Below are positions 9,171 to 17,910 of a stretch of 64,000 nt of DNA, piece by piece. This DNA is from a virus (lineage: Duplodnaviria > Caudoviricetes), in the IMG/VR virus record IMGVR_UViG_3300033171_000001, positions 1-64,000 of that record. One strand, 5' to 3'. The number at the start of each line of letters is the position of its first letter. Within the stretch, counting starts at the first letter, position 1. The translations under genes and the position numbers were made by a program. The notes beneath the pieces were generated by a model. The model did no database searches. It was given only the letters and a program-made list of their open reading frames with translations, and was not told where the DNA came from.

Positions 9171-9209
9171 ACTATAACAGAAACGCAAGTAAATGTCAAG
9201 CATTATTTT
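9171..9209 (-). promoter_or_regulatory. sigma70-type promoter; 32-bp identical to 33891-33922
   Basis: TTGACA-N17-TATAGT with A-rich upstream tract. Confidence 0.8.
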
Positions 9210-9222
9210 CATATTTAGGCTC

Positions 9223-10032
9223 TTATAAACAAATATCAAACGCCACCCGCAAGTCATCTCTGTCTAGTCCAATATAACGCCTTGTGATCGCTGTCGAACT
9301 GTGATTGAGACATTGCGAGATTATTTCGATATCTACGTTGGCATCAAAAACAGCCCTGGCCCACGTCTTTCTCATAATTCGCACACTCAATTCAATTCCC
9401 AAGGCTTCCCCGATCTCTTTAAGCGTTTTTTGAAAATAACCCGGCTTCATTTGAGCAGTATTCCTAACAGAACACACTAAATAGCCATCATGATGCCTTC
9501 TAAGTTCTAGCCACTCATTCAAAATTTCAGCCATAGCCGCGTTTATATAGATGTCACGCCTCTTTCCCGTCTTTCCCTCTCTTATTGGGAAACTATGCCC
9601 TTCTTGGATGATGAAATTTCCTTCCTGGTCAATAGGCAAGCCCATCTCCTCAATTCTAATATTTAAAATGTCCCGGCCCCTCAATCCTGTATTGATCCCA
9701 AAGATGAAGTAACAAAGGTTCCTAACCGCCGTCTTATGCGGGAAGCTGGCACGGATGAATAGTTTGATTTTCTCAATTGTTGCTTTGTCTTTAATAGGAT
9801 ATTGAAACAACACTTTATCCTTGTTGGTGCGTTTAACAACATACTTTCCTTTCTTCACCTGGACTCGCTTGGTGGTTGCGGGCCGTCCCCCCGTTTTCTT
9901 CTTAGGTTCATCTTTCTTGTAACAGTAATGAAGTTCACCAGTAAGATACCAGCAGCCACACCGGACACATTTGATGAATCCAGCTTGCTTGACCGATTCA
10001 AGGATTGCTTCTTTATTCAGTGAAAGCGACAT
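9223..10032 (-). CDS. tyrosine recombinase/integrase (ATG 10032; the ORF-track start overlaps its own promoter)
   Basis: NTGLRGRDIL (R), KTGK, RIMRKTWA, LNHSSTAITRRYI (H, Y); promoter TTGACA-N17-TATAAC at 10075-10103. Confidence 0.85.
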   Translation of the reverse strand: MSLSLNKEAILESVKQAGFIKCVRCGCWYLTGELHYCYKKDEPKKKTGGRPATTKRVQVKKGKYVVKRTNKDKVLFQYPIKDKATIEKIKLFIRASFPHKTAVRNLCYFIFGINTGLRGRDILNIRIEEMGLPIDQEGNFIIQEGHSFPIREGKTGKRRDIYINAAMAEILNEWLELRRHHDGYLVCSVRNTAQMKPGYFQKTLKEIGEALGIELSVRIMRKTWARAVFDANVDIEIISQCLNHSSTAITRRYIGLDRDDLRVAFDICL

Positions 10033-10151
10033 AATTAAGCCTCGTACTTCAAATTTGTGTTTCAGTTGAGAGTTGTTATAGCGCATTTTTAGGAGACTGT
10101 CAAGCAAAAAAAGTGAGAGGTGATGCAAGTTTAATCGCATCACCTCTCTGG

Positions 10152-10264
10152 TAAATAGAGCGGGTCAGGCATTACTCTGACGCTTGCACAAGGGGGGGTC
10201 GTTTTTTGTGCTGTGCTGTACCGTTCCACACTGTGTTTCTATTTCAACACCGCCGCTCTATTTA
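10152..10264 (-). ncRNA. putative structured ncRNA 3' of the tRNA
   Basis: Perfect 12-bp closing stem TAAATAGAGCGG/CCGCTCTATTTA with three to four internal hairpins. Confidence 0.5.
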
Positions 10265-10269
10265 AATCT

Positions 10270-10362
10270 TGGGCCTACCGCACGGAATCGAACCGTGGCT
10301 AACCGCTAATCTGGCGTTCGAGTTTATAAGACTCGTCGTGCTTCCAATTACACTACGGTAGG
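10270..10362 (-). tRNA. tRNA, anticodon UAU (Ile, reads AUA), long variable arm, encoded CCA
   Basis: Acceptor CCTACCG/CGGTAGG, D loop with GG, anticodon stem CGAGT-CTTATAA-ACTCG, T arm CACGG-TTCGATT-CCGTG, C73-CCA; 93 nt. Confidence 0.85.
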
Positions 10363-10545
10363 ATCATATGTTTTCCGAAATTCATGGCAGTAATCCCCAC
10401 CTATTACCACCGAATGCCCCCCGAATACGCTAGCAGGGCATTCTCCCATTTATCAATGGCGAGTGTTCTTGATTATCCAGCACGGCTCGGACCATTTCTG
10501 GTGACAGGTAGAAACCGAATTGGCCTCGCTCATTTACCCGTTCTT

Positions 10546-10574
10546 CTTATACACCAAATGAATCAATTTGTCAA
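10546..10574 (-). promoter_or_regulatory. promoter for the leader RNA/tRNA transcript
   Basis: TTGACA-N17-TATAAG with extended -10 TG. Confidence 0.75.
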
Positions 10575-10708
10575 GAACTTTCTAAAGAAAATTTGGGCGA
10601 ATTTGCTACGCGGGTTTCGCCCGGACTTCGATAGAGCCGCTGCCTTTGGCAACGCCTTCAAAAATCTAATATAAATGTTAGTTAAAGTGAGTTAAGATAA
10701 CAAAGGTG

Positions 10709-10957
10709 TTATGTTAACCAATACTCCTCTTGATTAGAATATTCTTCCTCAAATATATAATTAAAACCATCCATGTTTGCCCTAAGAGCTTCAAAAATCC
10801 CAGAAACAGAAGTTAGATCAAAATCCCCTTCTCCAAAATGTGTGGATAGGGAGGCAATTTCCTTATCTCCTACATATAAAAAGTACACATCAAAACTACC
10901 ACAACATTCACACTCACATGAAATTACGGATAGTTTAATTTTAGTTGGTTCGGGCAT
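10709..10957 (-). CDS. small acidic hypothetical protein
   Basis: 82 aa, CECECC motif. Confidence 0.55.
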   Translation of the reverse strand: MPEPTKIKLSVISCECECCGSFDVYFLYVGDKEIASLSTHFGEGDFDLTSVSGIFEALRANMDGFNYIFEEEYSNQEEYWLT

Positions 10958-10968
10958 TATAATTATTC

Positions 10969-11862
10969 CTATTTAAAAATTTCTCTTCTAATTTCATCAA
11001 TCTCACCAAGAGAGTGATCTCCCACATCCACTAGGCTTTCCTTATGCCACAAAAATAGAGAAACATCAACCCCACAGAGAGATATTTTTTCAGAAACTTT
11101 TCTAGCCGCATATTCACCAGCTTCATCCGGGTCAAATAAAATCGTAACCTTACTAACTCCTTGTTTCTTTAGGAAATTTATTTGTTTGTTAGTGACTTCA
11201 ACCCCCATCGTAGCCACAGCACCACTACCAAATCTCCAGGCGTCTGTCAAGCCTTCAACCAACACGGCATGGGAGCCAACTTCATCCAAACCATATAGGC
11301 ACTGTTTTACAGGAATGATTGAATCTTCCGCAGAAGCGTTCTTATACCTTGGTTCAATGCTATCAAAAATTGCTCTGCCTAGATAGGAAACAATTCTATT
11401 TTGCATGAATATAGGCACGATTATTCTATACTGCCATCTTTTATTTAACATGCCGAAGGCTTTCAAGTGATAACGTAAAGAAAGAAAGTCAGGATCAAAT
11501 CCCCTATCTAACAGGTATTGCCTATGCGGAGATGGTAGAAAGTCAACCATTCCTTGGGGAAATTTCAAGGTTCCTGTTGTTGTTTCTTGTTCATAAATAA
11601 AATCAACTTTCGCTTTCTTAAATTTAGCATATACTAATGAAGATTTATCTTTCGTGAACCATTTTACATATTCATATATATTAGATTTGTGATTGCAAAT
11701 GAAGCACGACACTTTTCCGTACTGAATATTAACACCACAGTGATTTCTAGTATCACCACAAGACGGGCAAATAGGCAAACCTAAATAACCCTTGCCTATG
11801 TTATTACCTTCTCTCTTGTAAGGAACTTCGCAGGAATCAAGAAATTGAAGTGTGTTAAGCAT
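10969..11862 (-). CDS. DNA primase (Zn finger + TOPRIM)
   Basis: CPSC...CFIC; LVEGLTDAW; LFDPDEAG. Confidence 0.85.
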   Translation of the reverse strand: MLNTLQFLDSCEVPYKREGNNIGKGYLGLPICPSCGDTRNHCGVNIQYGKVSCFICNHKSNIYEYVKWFTKDKSSLVYAKFKKAKVDFIYEQETTTGTLKFPQGMVDFLPSPHRQYLLDRGFDPDFLSLRYHLKAFGMLNKRWQYRIIVPIFMQNRIVSYLGRAIFDSIEPRYKNASAEDSIIPVKQCLYGLDEVGSHAVLVEGLTDAWRFGSGAVATMGVEVTNKQINFLKKQGVSKVTILFDPDEAGEYAARKVSEKISLCGVDVSLFLWHKESLVDVGDHSLGEIDEIRREIFK

Positions 11863-11864
11863 AT

Positions 11865-13547
11865 CTATCTTAGAACTCTTTTAGCAGTTGTATTTTTATA
11901 ACCAAGTACGCCCATTATATATTCGTCCAATGTATTGGGAATATACGGATAAACAATCTCACATTCCCTTGTCTGCCCCACTCTGTGAATCCTGTCCTCA
12001 GCTTGAGCATGAACAACCGCCTTCCAATCAAATTCACTTTGCACCATATACGAAGATTTAATCAATGTCAAGCCTTCAGAGCAAGCATCTAGAGATAAAA
12101 CAATCAGAGACTTCTTGCCCGCTTCAAAATCAGAAACAGTTTTTGTTCTAACTTTTCCACTTGTTCCACCTGAAATATATAAGGCTTTGTTTCCATAAAT
12201 TTCTTTATATTTTTCAAACACTTCCTTATGATAACAGAATAAAACAACGGATTCCCCTTTTTCTATCTGCTCATCAACCAAAGAGCATACGGCAGGAACC
12301 TTATATAAACCAATATCTATTCTAGCTCGTTGTATTGTCTTGTCATCTCGGAATTTTGCTGGAATTGATTTTAGTTTCTTAAATTCAGAAAATTTTCTAA
12401 CTGAGTTAAAATTTTCTAACTGAAATCTATATATACTATTCTTACAATATCCTTCTTTCAATTCAATAGGCAAAAACATTCTGGTTTTCTTTGGTAATTG
12501 AATTTCAATATCACTTTTCTTTCTTCTTATTAAATAGCACATCTTCAAGATTCTGGTCAACATTCTGATATTGGATGCACCAGTTGAGATGTTTCCATAT
12601 TCCCCTCTTTTCAAATCACAGAATGTTTTCTCATATAGTTTTTTGTTGTTCCAAATAAATTCTGGATCAATCAAACTCAATATGTTTCGCAAATCTCTGA
12701 CATAGTTCTTAATAGGCGTTCCAGATAAAGCAAGGGTGAATTTAGAGTTGGCGCAAATCTGTTTTAACACCCTTCCTCTTTTACTATCCCCCTTAGCATA
12801 GTTATGAGCTTCATCAATGATAATATAATCAAATTTCTTCTTGATTAATTCTTTTCTAAATTTATGAAGCAAATCATTATTTATGATTGAAATTTTGTGC
12901 GTCCTAATAAGGGATGGGAGGGAGTCGGCATATATAGTCGCCACAGGGTAATCCGGCATCGCGCATTTGTTCCATTCCCGCCCCCAATTCCCCTTGACTG
13001 AGTTGGGGCAAACGATCAAAACTGTGTCAAGTGTTTTTTCATCTTTTTTTGTAACGTGTTTTGAGTGGAAATAGTTATAAACCGATATGGCTTGACAGGT
13101 TTTACCTAGTCCCGGCTCGTCGCCAAGGATTGCACCTCTCATTCCGTGGGAAATTCGCTCTAGAATTGATTCTAAGCCGCTTTCCTGATAAGGCAGGGGG
13201 GTTAGTGTGCCAAAGCAAGCAAAATTCGTTCTAGGGGCAATCTCGCTCGATTTAGAGATATTACCCTTAAGCCAGGAATGAAAGTCTCTAGCGTCCTTAT
13301 ATCGCGGAGAAGTCAAAAGCCGTTGTGACTGGGCGGGGAAGTATTTGTTTATGATCTTTTGCGCCTGTTCTAGCTGAAAGGCCGGAATAGCGTGCTGTTT
13401 GTATTGTAGAAGATATAATACACCAAACAAAGAACAAAGTTCATTGTGCAAGTGATAGTGTTTTGGCAACGTGATATAAAAGAATTTCATATAATCCGAA
13501 GTACTTAGAATTGAAAAGTTATACTTTTTGAAGACGTGACAAAGCAC
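11865..13547 (-). CDS. SNF2-family (SF2) helicase
   Basis: LGDEPGLGKT, IIDEAH, LSGTPIKN, EGLTL, QAEDRIHRVGQ. Confidence 0.9.
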   Translation of the reverse strand: MLCHVFKKYNFSILSTSDYMKFFYITLPKHYHLHNELCSLFGVLYLLQYKQHAIPAFQLEQAQKIINKYFPAQSQRLLTSPRYKDARDFHSWLKGNISKSSEIAPRTNFACFGTLTPLPYQESGLESILERISHGMRGAILGDEPGLGKTCQAISVYNYFHSKHVTKKDEKTLDTVLIVCPNSVKGNWGREWNKCAMPDYPVATIYADSLPSLIRTHKISIINNDLLHKFRKELIKKKFDYIIIDEAHNYAKGDSKRGRVLKQICANSKFTLALSGTPIKNYVRDLRNILSLIDPEFIWNNKKLYEKTFCDLKRGEYGNISTGASNIRMLTRILKMCYLIRRKKSDIEIQLPKKTRMFLPIELKEGYCKNSIYRFQLENFNSVRKFSEFKKLKSIPAKFRDDKTIQRARIDIGLYKVPAVCSLVDEQIEKGESVVLFCYHKEVFEKYKEIYGNKALYISGGTSGKVRTKTVSDFEAGKKSLIVLSLDACSEGLTLIKSSYMVQSEFDWKAVVHAQAEDRIHRVGQTRECEIVYPYIPNTLDEYIMGVLGYKNTTAKRVLR

Positions 13548-13587
13548 CGGAAATTTTCTAACTTCCGGTTTCTCTAGTCAAGGGGGA

Positions 13588-13616
13588 ATGATAGCAAAAA
13601 ATACAGTAAAAGTCAA
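13588..13616 (-). promoter_or_regulatory. sigma70-type promoter for helicase/primase
   Basis: TTGACT-N17-TATCAT. Confidence 0.65.
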
Positions 13617-13682
13617 GCAAAAAGAAAGGGCAAGAGCTTATTTAGCCCTTGCCCGGTTTCTGGTGGTGTTAAAATACTAGTC

Positions 13683-14243
13683 CTAATATTCTGGTGACAT
13701 GGGCATAATAATCCCCAAATATTCAGGACTATCTTCAATTGTAAAAAAGCAAGGGTCCTTCTTTCCTGTAAATTCAAATTTTATACGCGCATTTTTTCCA
13801 AATGCTTTTTTTATTAGATCGAAACAAGAATATGGAAAGCAAATTTCGGAAAGGTCTTGTTTTGATTCGCGTCTAGCTAGAACTTGTTCAAAATCGGGGT
13901 ATTGATAATCCCTGAAAGCCTCCCCTGGTTCAATATAAATTTCTTTTTCGTATGTGTCCATGAGCGTAAGGCGTTCTCCTTTGTATATAATATTATATGC
14001 GTTTTTCTTCTTAGATTCTTTAACAAGGCTGAGGGAAGGTTCAATAAGAATGAACTCTTTTCCTACAATAAAGGGAGTGTCTTTATTAGGATTCTCATAC
14101 ATAAGGAGAGCATGACCATTTAAAGCACAAATTCTAAGAGGATCAATATAAATGCAAGAGATGGCTTCCAGTGATTTTTTATTAGAGATAAACGGGTAGA
14201 CAGTTGAAAAAGCCTTTGCCGGGATACTCAGGGAAATTTCCAT
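13683..14243 (-). CDS. DNA sliding clamp (beta) domain-like protein
   Basis: ICALNGHALL, YPDFEQVL and C-terminal GIIMPM resemble DnaN domains; half length. Confidence 0.65.
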   Translation of the reverse strand: MEISLSIPAKAFSTVYPFISNKKSLEAISCIYIDPLRICALNGHALLMYENPNKDTPFIVGKEFILIEPSLSLVKESKKKNAYNIIYKGERLTLMDTYEKEIYIEPGEAFRDYQYPDFEQVLARRESKQDLSEICFPYSCFDLIKKAFGKNARIKFEFTGKKDPCFFTIEDSPEYLGIIMPMSPEY

Positions 14244-14336
14244 TGCAAAAAACTCCTTTAAGTTATGTTAATTAAAAATAGAGAATACTAGCCTAAACCA
14301 ATATTTTCTATTTGTCAAGCATTTTTTCGCCTGTTT

Positions 14337-14690
14337 CTAATTCTTCAATGCAACGTGAACAAATCCGCTTTCCTGGTCATAAGAGGTTGTAAGCTTGCGC
14401 CCTGACTTTTTAGCCCAATTGAAAAGAGTGGTCCTGAGAGTTGCGGCCTTTTTCTGGTCCTGAGCGGGAAAGCTGGCGAAACTGTTCCCGAGATTCAGCA
14501 GAAAATCATATTTGGAACCGCGCTTGCCGCCATTTCCGCGCTTTGCCTTGGGCATTTCTCCGGCCTGAATAGAAACGCCTTCAGGAATTGCGGCGGTTTT
14601 CGTCATTTCCTTGATCGAAGTGTTTTCCCGATTTTCGATTTCAGGAATAACAGTTTCCATTTCCAGATTTTCAGTCTTCTTCTTTGCCAT
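14337..14690 (-). CDS. hypothetical basic protein, possibly DNA-binding
   Basis: 117 aa with RBS; KRGSKYDFL motif. Confidence 0.6.
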   Translation of the reverse strand: MAKKKTENLEMETVIPEIENRENTSIKEMTKTAAIPEGVSIQAGEMPKAKRGNGGKRGSKYDFLLNLGNSFASFPAQDQKKAATLRTTLFNWAKKSGRKLTTSYDQESGFVHVALKN

Positions 14691-14812
14691 TTCTAAAGCT
14701 CCTTTGTTTTATTTGAATTCCGTTCAACTGTTTTGTGTTCTAGCAAATCTGGTTCAATTTGTCAACCCCTTTTTTATAATTTTTATAGCCTCCCTTTTCA
14801 ATCAAAATCCGC

Positions 14813-14922
14813 TTGACATTTTCCAGCTATTACCATATAAGAAAGGCCGAATCGAGGGGAGAAAGGGAAAGATTGAAAAACATAAAAAACAAGTTGACAA
14901 TCAAAACGAAATGATATAGAAA
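14813..14922 (+). promoter_or_regulatory. tandem early promoters
   Basis: TTGACA 14813 with TATAAG at 17 bp; TTGACA 14894 with TAGAAA at 17 bp; divergent TTGACA on the minus strand at 14313-14318. Confidence 0.7.
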
Positions 14923-14956
14923 CAAATCAACTTGAACACCAAAAGGAGTTTAGAAA

Positions 14957-15196
14957 ATGAAAATCAAAAAAGAAGAAATAAAACTATGCCCTAAATGTCA
15001 TGGAAAAAGATTAGAATATTTTACGCCTTTTGAGCGGCAAGGAGATGCTAGAAGCGGCGGCGGCTACCATGATAAATATGAAATTTGCGAATTATGCGGC
15101 GGTTTGGGTACTGTATTAGAAAAAACAACGATTGAGTATAGCAGTTTGGCAGATTTTGATTTTAAACGGTTTGCACGGAATTATAAAGGAATTTAG
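14957..15196 (+). CDS. small protein with DnaJ-type Zn-finger motifs
   Basis: CPKCHG ... CELCGG; RBS AAGGAG. Confidence 0.7.
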   Translation: MKIKKEEIKLCPKCHGKRLEYFTPFERQGDARSGGGYHDKYEICELCGGLGTVLEKTTIEYSSLADFDFKRFARNYKGI

Positions 15197-15199
15197 AAA

Positions 15200-15418
15200 A
15201 TGAAAGTCAGGGTAAAGCCAGAATATGATTTTTTCGGAAGCTTAATTTATACAGGGTGCCCATTTAAAACAGATGTTGGATTATGTTATTTACTTGAAAA
15301 CACCGATTGCCCTACCTGGAAAGCAGACCCTAACGAGGCAGGGGAAGAAATTATAGCCATTCCAGATCAATGTCCTTTGCTTATGGGCACCGTGACTGTT
15401 GAAATGGAAATACAATAA
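15200..15418 (+). CDS. hypothetical protein
   Basis: 72 aa, RBS. Confidence 0.6.
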   Translation: MKVRVKPEYDFFGSLIYTGCPFKTDVGLCYLLENTDCPTWKADPNEAGEEIIAIPDQCPLLMGTVTVEMEIQ

Positions 15419-15486
15419 AAATAACTTGACAGGAACTGAGATTTAGGCTAGAACAGATTCAACACAAACAAAAAGGAGTTTAGAAA

Positions 15487-15996
15487 ATGCAGACTATTCA
15501 AGAATTTGTTAATAATCACCCCGGCATCGGCTACTCTGTAACTTGTATTGATCAGCGGCCCGATGTTTCCCCTAATGATGATTGGCATTTTCCTAAGAAT
15601 CCCAATAACAAACCCTTTGACTATGAATTTTGTATTACTTTCAAGGGAAGGGAATATAGGGGGTATTACTCAAAGGGAATCGGTCACGGAAAGGAAACAG
15701 CTAAAATAAAAGGTAATACGATCAGGGAAAATAAGAAAAGGGCTGAGGTTAGGGCAAAGGATCACAAGAACGCCGCGCCCACGTTGTTTGAGGTGTTGGA
15801 TTCCCTGGCCCTTGATATTTCCGATATCTTCTATGGGGGCACGTTTGAAGAGTGGGCCGAAGGTTTGGGATATGACGCGGATTCCAGACAGGCCGAAAAG
15901 ATTTATAATCAATGCCGAGCCGCCTTCCATTCATTACTTGCCTTGTTTGGTATGGAAAGGTTGCGGGAACTTGTGGAAGATACGGAAAGGGAGTAG
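15487..15996 (+). CDS. conserved-looking phage early hypothetical protein
   Basis: Promoter at 15426, RBS AAGGAG; TFEEWAEGLGYDADSRQAEKIY motif. Confidence 0.75.
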   Translation: MQTIQEFVNNHPGIGYSVTCIDQRPDVSPNDDWHFPKNPNNKPFDYEFCITFKGREYRGYYSKGIGHGKETAKIKGNTIRENKKRAEVRAKDHKNAAPTLFEVLDSLALDISDIFYGGTFEEWAEGLGYDADSRQAEKIYNQCRAAFHSLLALFGMERLRELVEDTERE

Positions 15997-16159
15997 ACAA
16001 AGTTAAAAATGGATATTGTCCTTATTGTGGCTATAAAACAGCAAAAGAAGTTCCGAGTAAAGAAGCTGTTTATAAATGTTCAACTTGTAGGAATACTTTT
16101 CAATATCAAGATTTCGGAAAAATTCAATATAATCTAAGAATTAGAAGAGACATACAAAA

Positions 16160-16531
16160 ATGACCAAACAAGAAAAGCAGATCAAGGCGTTGAAAAGAGG
16201 ATTGATAACCATTGAAAAGAGGTTGCAAGAAAAGGTTTGGGACGCTGAAAGGGAAATGGATTCCTTGAATGATGAACTTGAAATAAAACAAAGGGAAATA
16301 GATAGACTTGAAGACGAAATAGCAAAAGCGGAAGAGGAATATATAGAGCTTGAAGAATTGAAACAAAAGGATATAAACGAAATATACAGAGAACTTGAAG
16401 AAATGCAAAAATTTAAAGTTGCCTATTTTGAAATTCTCCAGGGATTTACAGGCAAGTTGACAAGAATTGAAAAGCAGAAACGAGAAAACGAAATTTTGAG
16501 AAAAACAATTGACTTTTTCCCGGTGTTTTGA
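16160..16531 (+). CDS. coiled-coil hypothetical protein
   Basis: Heptad-rich, 123 aa. Confidence 0.7.
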   Translation: MTKQEKQIKALKRGLITIEKRLQEKVWDAEREMDSLNDELEIKQREIDRLEDEIAKAEEEYIELEELKQKDINEIYRELEEMQKFKVAYFEILQGFTGKLTRIEKQKRENEILRKTIDFFPVF

Positions 16532-16578
16532 TATACCTTGATTTAGTTGAACGGAACACCACAAAAGGAGCAAACAAA

Positions 16579-16914
16579 ATGACTATCGAAAGAATTGAAG
16601 AGTTGCGGGAAGAGATTCAGGAAGTCAAGGCAGAAATGGCTAATTTTGAAATGGACCCTTACGAATATGAAGATCAGTATTGCGAAGCTCTTGATGAGGA
16701 GGGGCCGGTTGTGGTGGTGGGCATGTCCTATGACCCTTCGCACATTCTTAGGGAAGTTGACCCTACCGCGTACCGCTGCGGATTGCTTGACTACGTTGAT
16801 TCTTTGGACAAGGAAGATGACGAAGAATATCAGGAATTGGAGGAACGCCTTGAAGAATTGGAGGACGAATTAACGGACCTGGAAAGCGAAATGGAAGAAG
16901 AGGAGGAAGACTAA
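16579..16914 (+). CDS. highly acidic early protein
   Basis: ATG 16579 after AAGGAG; D/E-rich, ends EMEEEEED. Confidence 0.75.
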   Translation: MTIERIEELREEIQEVKAEMANFEMDPYEYEDQYCEALDEEGPVVVVGMSYDPSHILREVDPTAYRCGLLDYVDSLDKEDDEEYQELEERLEELEDELTDLESEMEEEEED

Positions 16915-16916
16915 CC

Positions 16917-17085
16917 ATGACACTACAAGAGATAAAAGAATCCGTGGACAAGGGAAAGGTTGAAGGACAATATAGGGCAATATCTGATAGTTTGTGCAGC
17001 TAATAATTCTTGCATTGGACTTACATGGCAAGACGGCGTGACGCTCAATGGAAGGGAAGACGATTTTTATATTAAGGAGGACTAG
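16917..17085 (+). pseudogene. small early gene broken by an internal frameshifting deletion
   Basis: MTLQEIKESVDKGKV stops early; the second frame continues KDNIGQYLIVCAANNSCIGLTWQDGVTLNGREDDFYIKED*; 169 nt span. Confidence 0.55.
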
Positions 17086-17087
17086 AG

Positions 17088-17339
17088 ATGAACTACCAGC
17101 AAGCAAAAGAAAACACCTTCGCCAAGGGTTCTTGCCCGGACGGATACGCCGGAGAACGTGCTAACATAGAATTTTACTTTGACCCTGAATCGGGAAAGAC
17201 TTTTTGTGTAGCCGATCATGGCCTTTTCGGGTCACTTCTCCCGCAATGTGCAAGCGAAGCTGAGGCGGCTTGGTATCTTGTGAATCATCCCAAAATGTGC
17301 CGCTATTACAGAAACGCGAAGTTGATAAAGGAGTTTTAG
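17088..17339 (+). CDS. hypothetical protein
   Basis: RBS GGAGG, 83 aa. Confidence 0.7.
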   Translation: MNYQQAKENTFAKGSCPDGYAGERANIEFYFDPESGKTFCVADHGLFGSLLPQCASEAEAAWYLVNHPKMCRYYRNAKLIKEF

Positions 17340-17341
17340 TA

Positions 17342-17572
17342 ATGAAGAATTATACCTACACCTTCATGGCTAAGGGCAGCGGCCCGCTTAATATAGAGGC
17401 CACCTCTTTTGCTGAAGCGTGTGATATTTTGGAAACAATGGCTACAACTTCGGAAGATATAAAAACAACTAAAGAATATTTTTCTTTTGAGGGGCCGGGT
17501 TGTTTTTATCACGTTCTTAGAGATGATCGGACAAGTGAAACCTGGACTAATTGCGGACTTGAAATTTTCTAA
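17342..17572 (+). CDS. hypothetical protein
   Basis: ATG 17342 after AAGGAG. Confidence 0.65.
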   Translation: MKNYTYTFMAKGSGPLNIEATSFAEACDILETMATTSEDIKTTKEYFSFEGPGCFYHVLRDDRTSETWTNCGLEIF

Positions 17573-17706
17573 CTCAAAATTTTCTAACTCAAATATACAA
17601 ACGAATTTCAATCAGTACAAAAAATAAAAAGTCTTGACAAACCAAAGCAAATCATATAAAGAATAAAAGACCGATCAAGACAAGGGAACACAAATACAAA
17701 GGAGTT

Positions 17707-17910
17707 ATGGAAATGGGAAAGTATGACAAAATGACACAGGCGGAGTTTGCCCGTATTCTTGAGGAAAAATATTATCAGCTTCATCCGGGGGAGGTGCTTA
17801 GTATTCCAGGTGTTTGGGAACTTGTGTCTGAATATCTTAATAATGAAATTTTGGAAGCATGGGAGGCAGAACAAGAGATTGAAGAGGAAGAGGAAGAAGA
17901 GGACGACTAG
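17707..17910 (+). CDS. small highly acidic protein
   Basis: Promoter at 17634, RBS; ends EQEIEEEEEEEDD. Confidence 0.75.
   Translation: MEMGKYDKMTQAEFARILEEKYYQLHPGEVLSIPGVWELVSEYLNNEILEAWEAEQEIEEEEEEEDD

Noticed and set aside
10152-10269. HDV-like theta ribozyme after the tRNA
   Set aside because: I could not fit the nested double-pseudoknot pattern; retained as an unknown ncRNA
9223-10362. Prophage attachment site at the tRNA next to the integrase
   Set aside because: The tRNA is complete, has its own promoter and has phage genes on both sides; no duplicated 3' fragment or host DNA in the window
10593-10655. GNRA-type hairpins as a riboswitch
   Set aside because: They lie upstream of the tRNA promoter at a gene 3' end and match no aptamer consensus; probably terminator or stability hairpins
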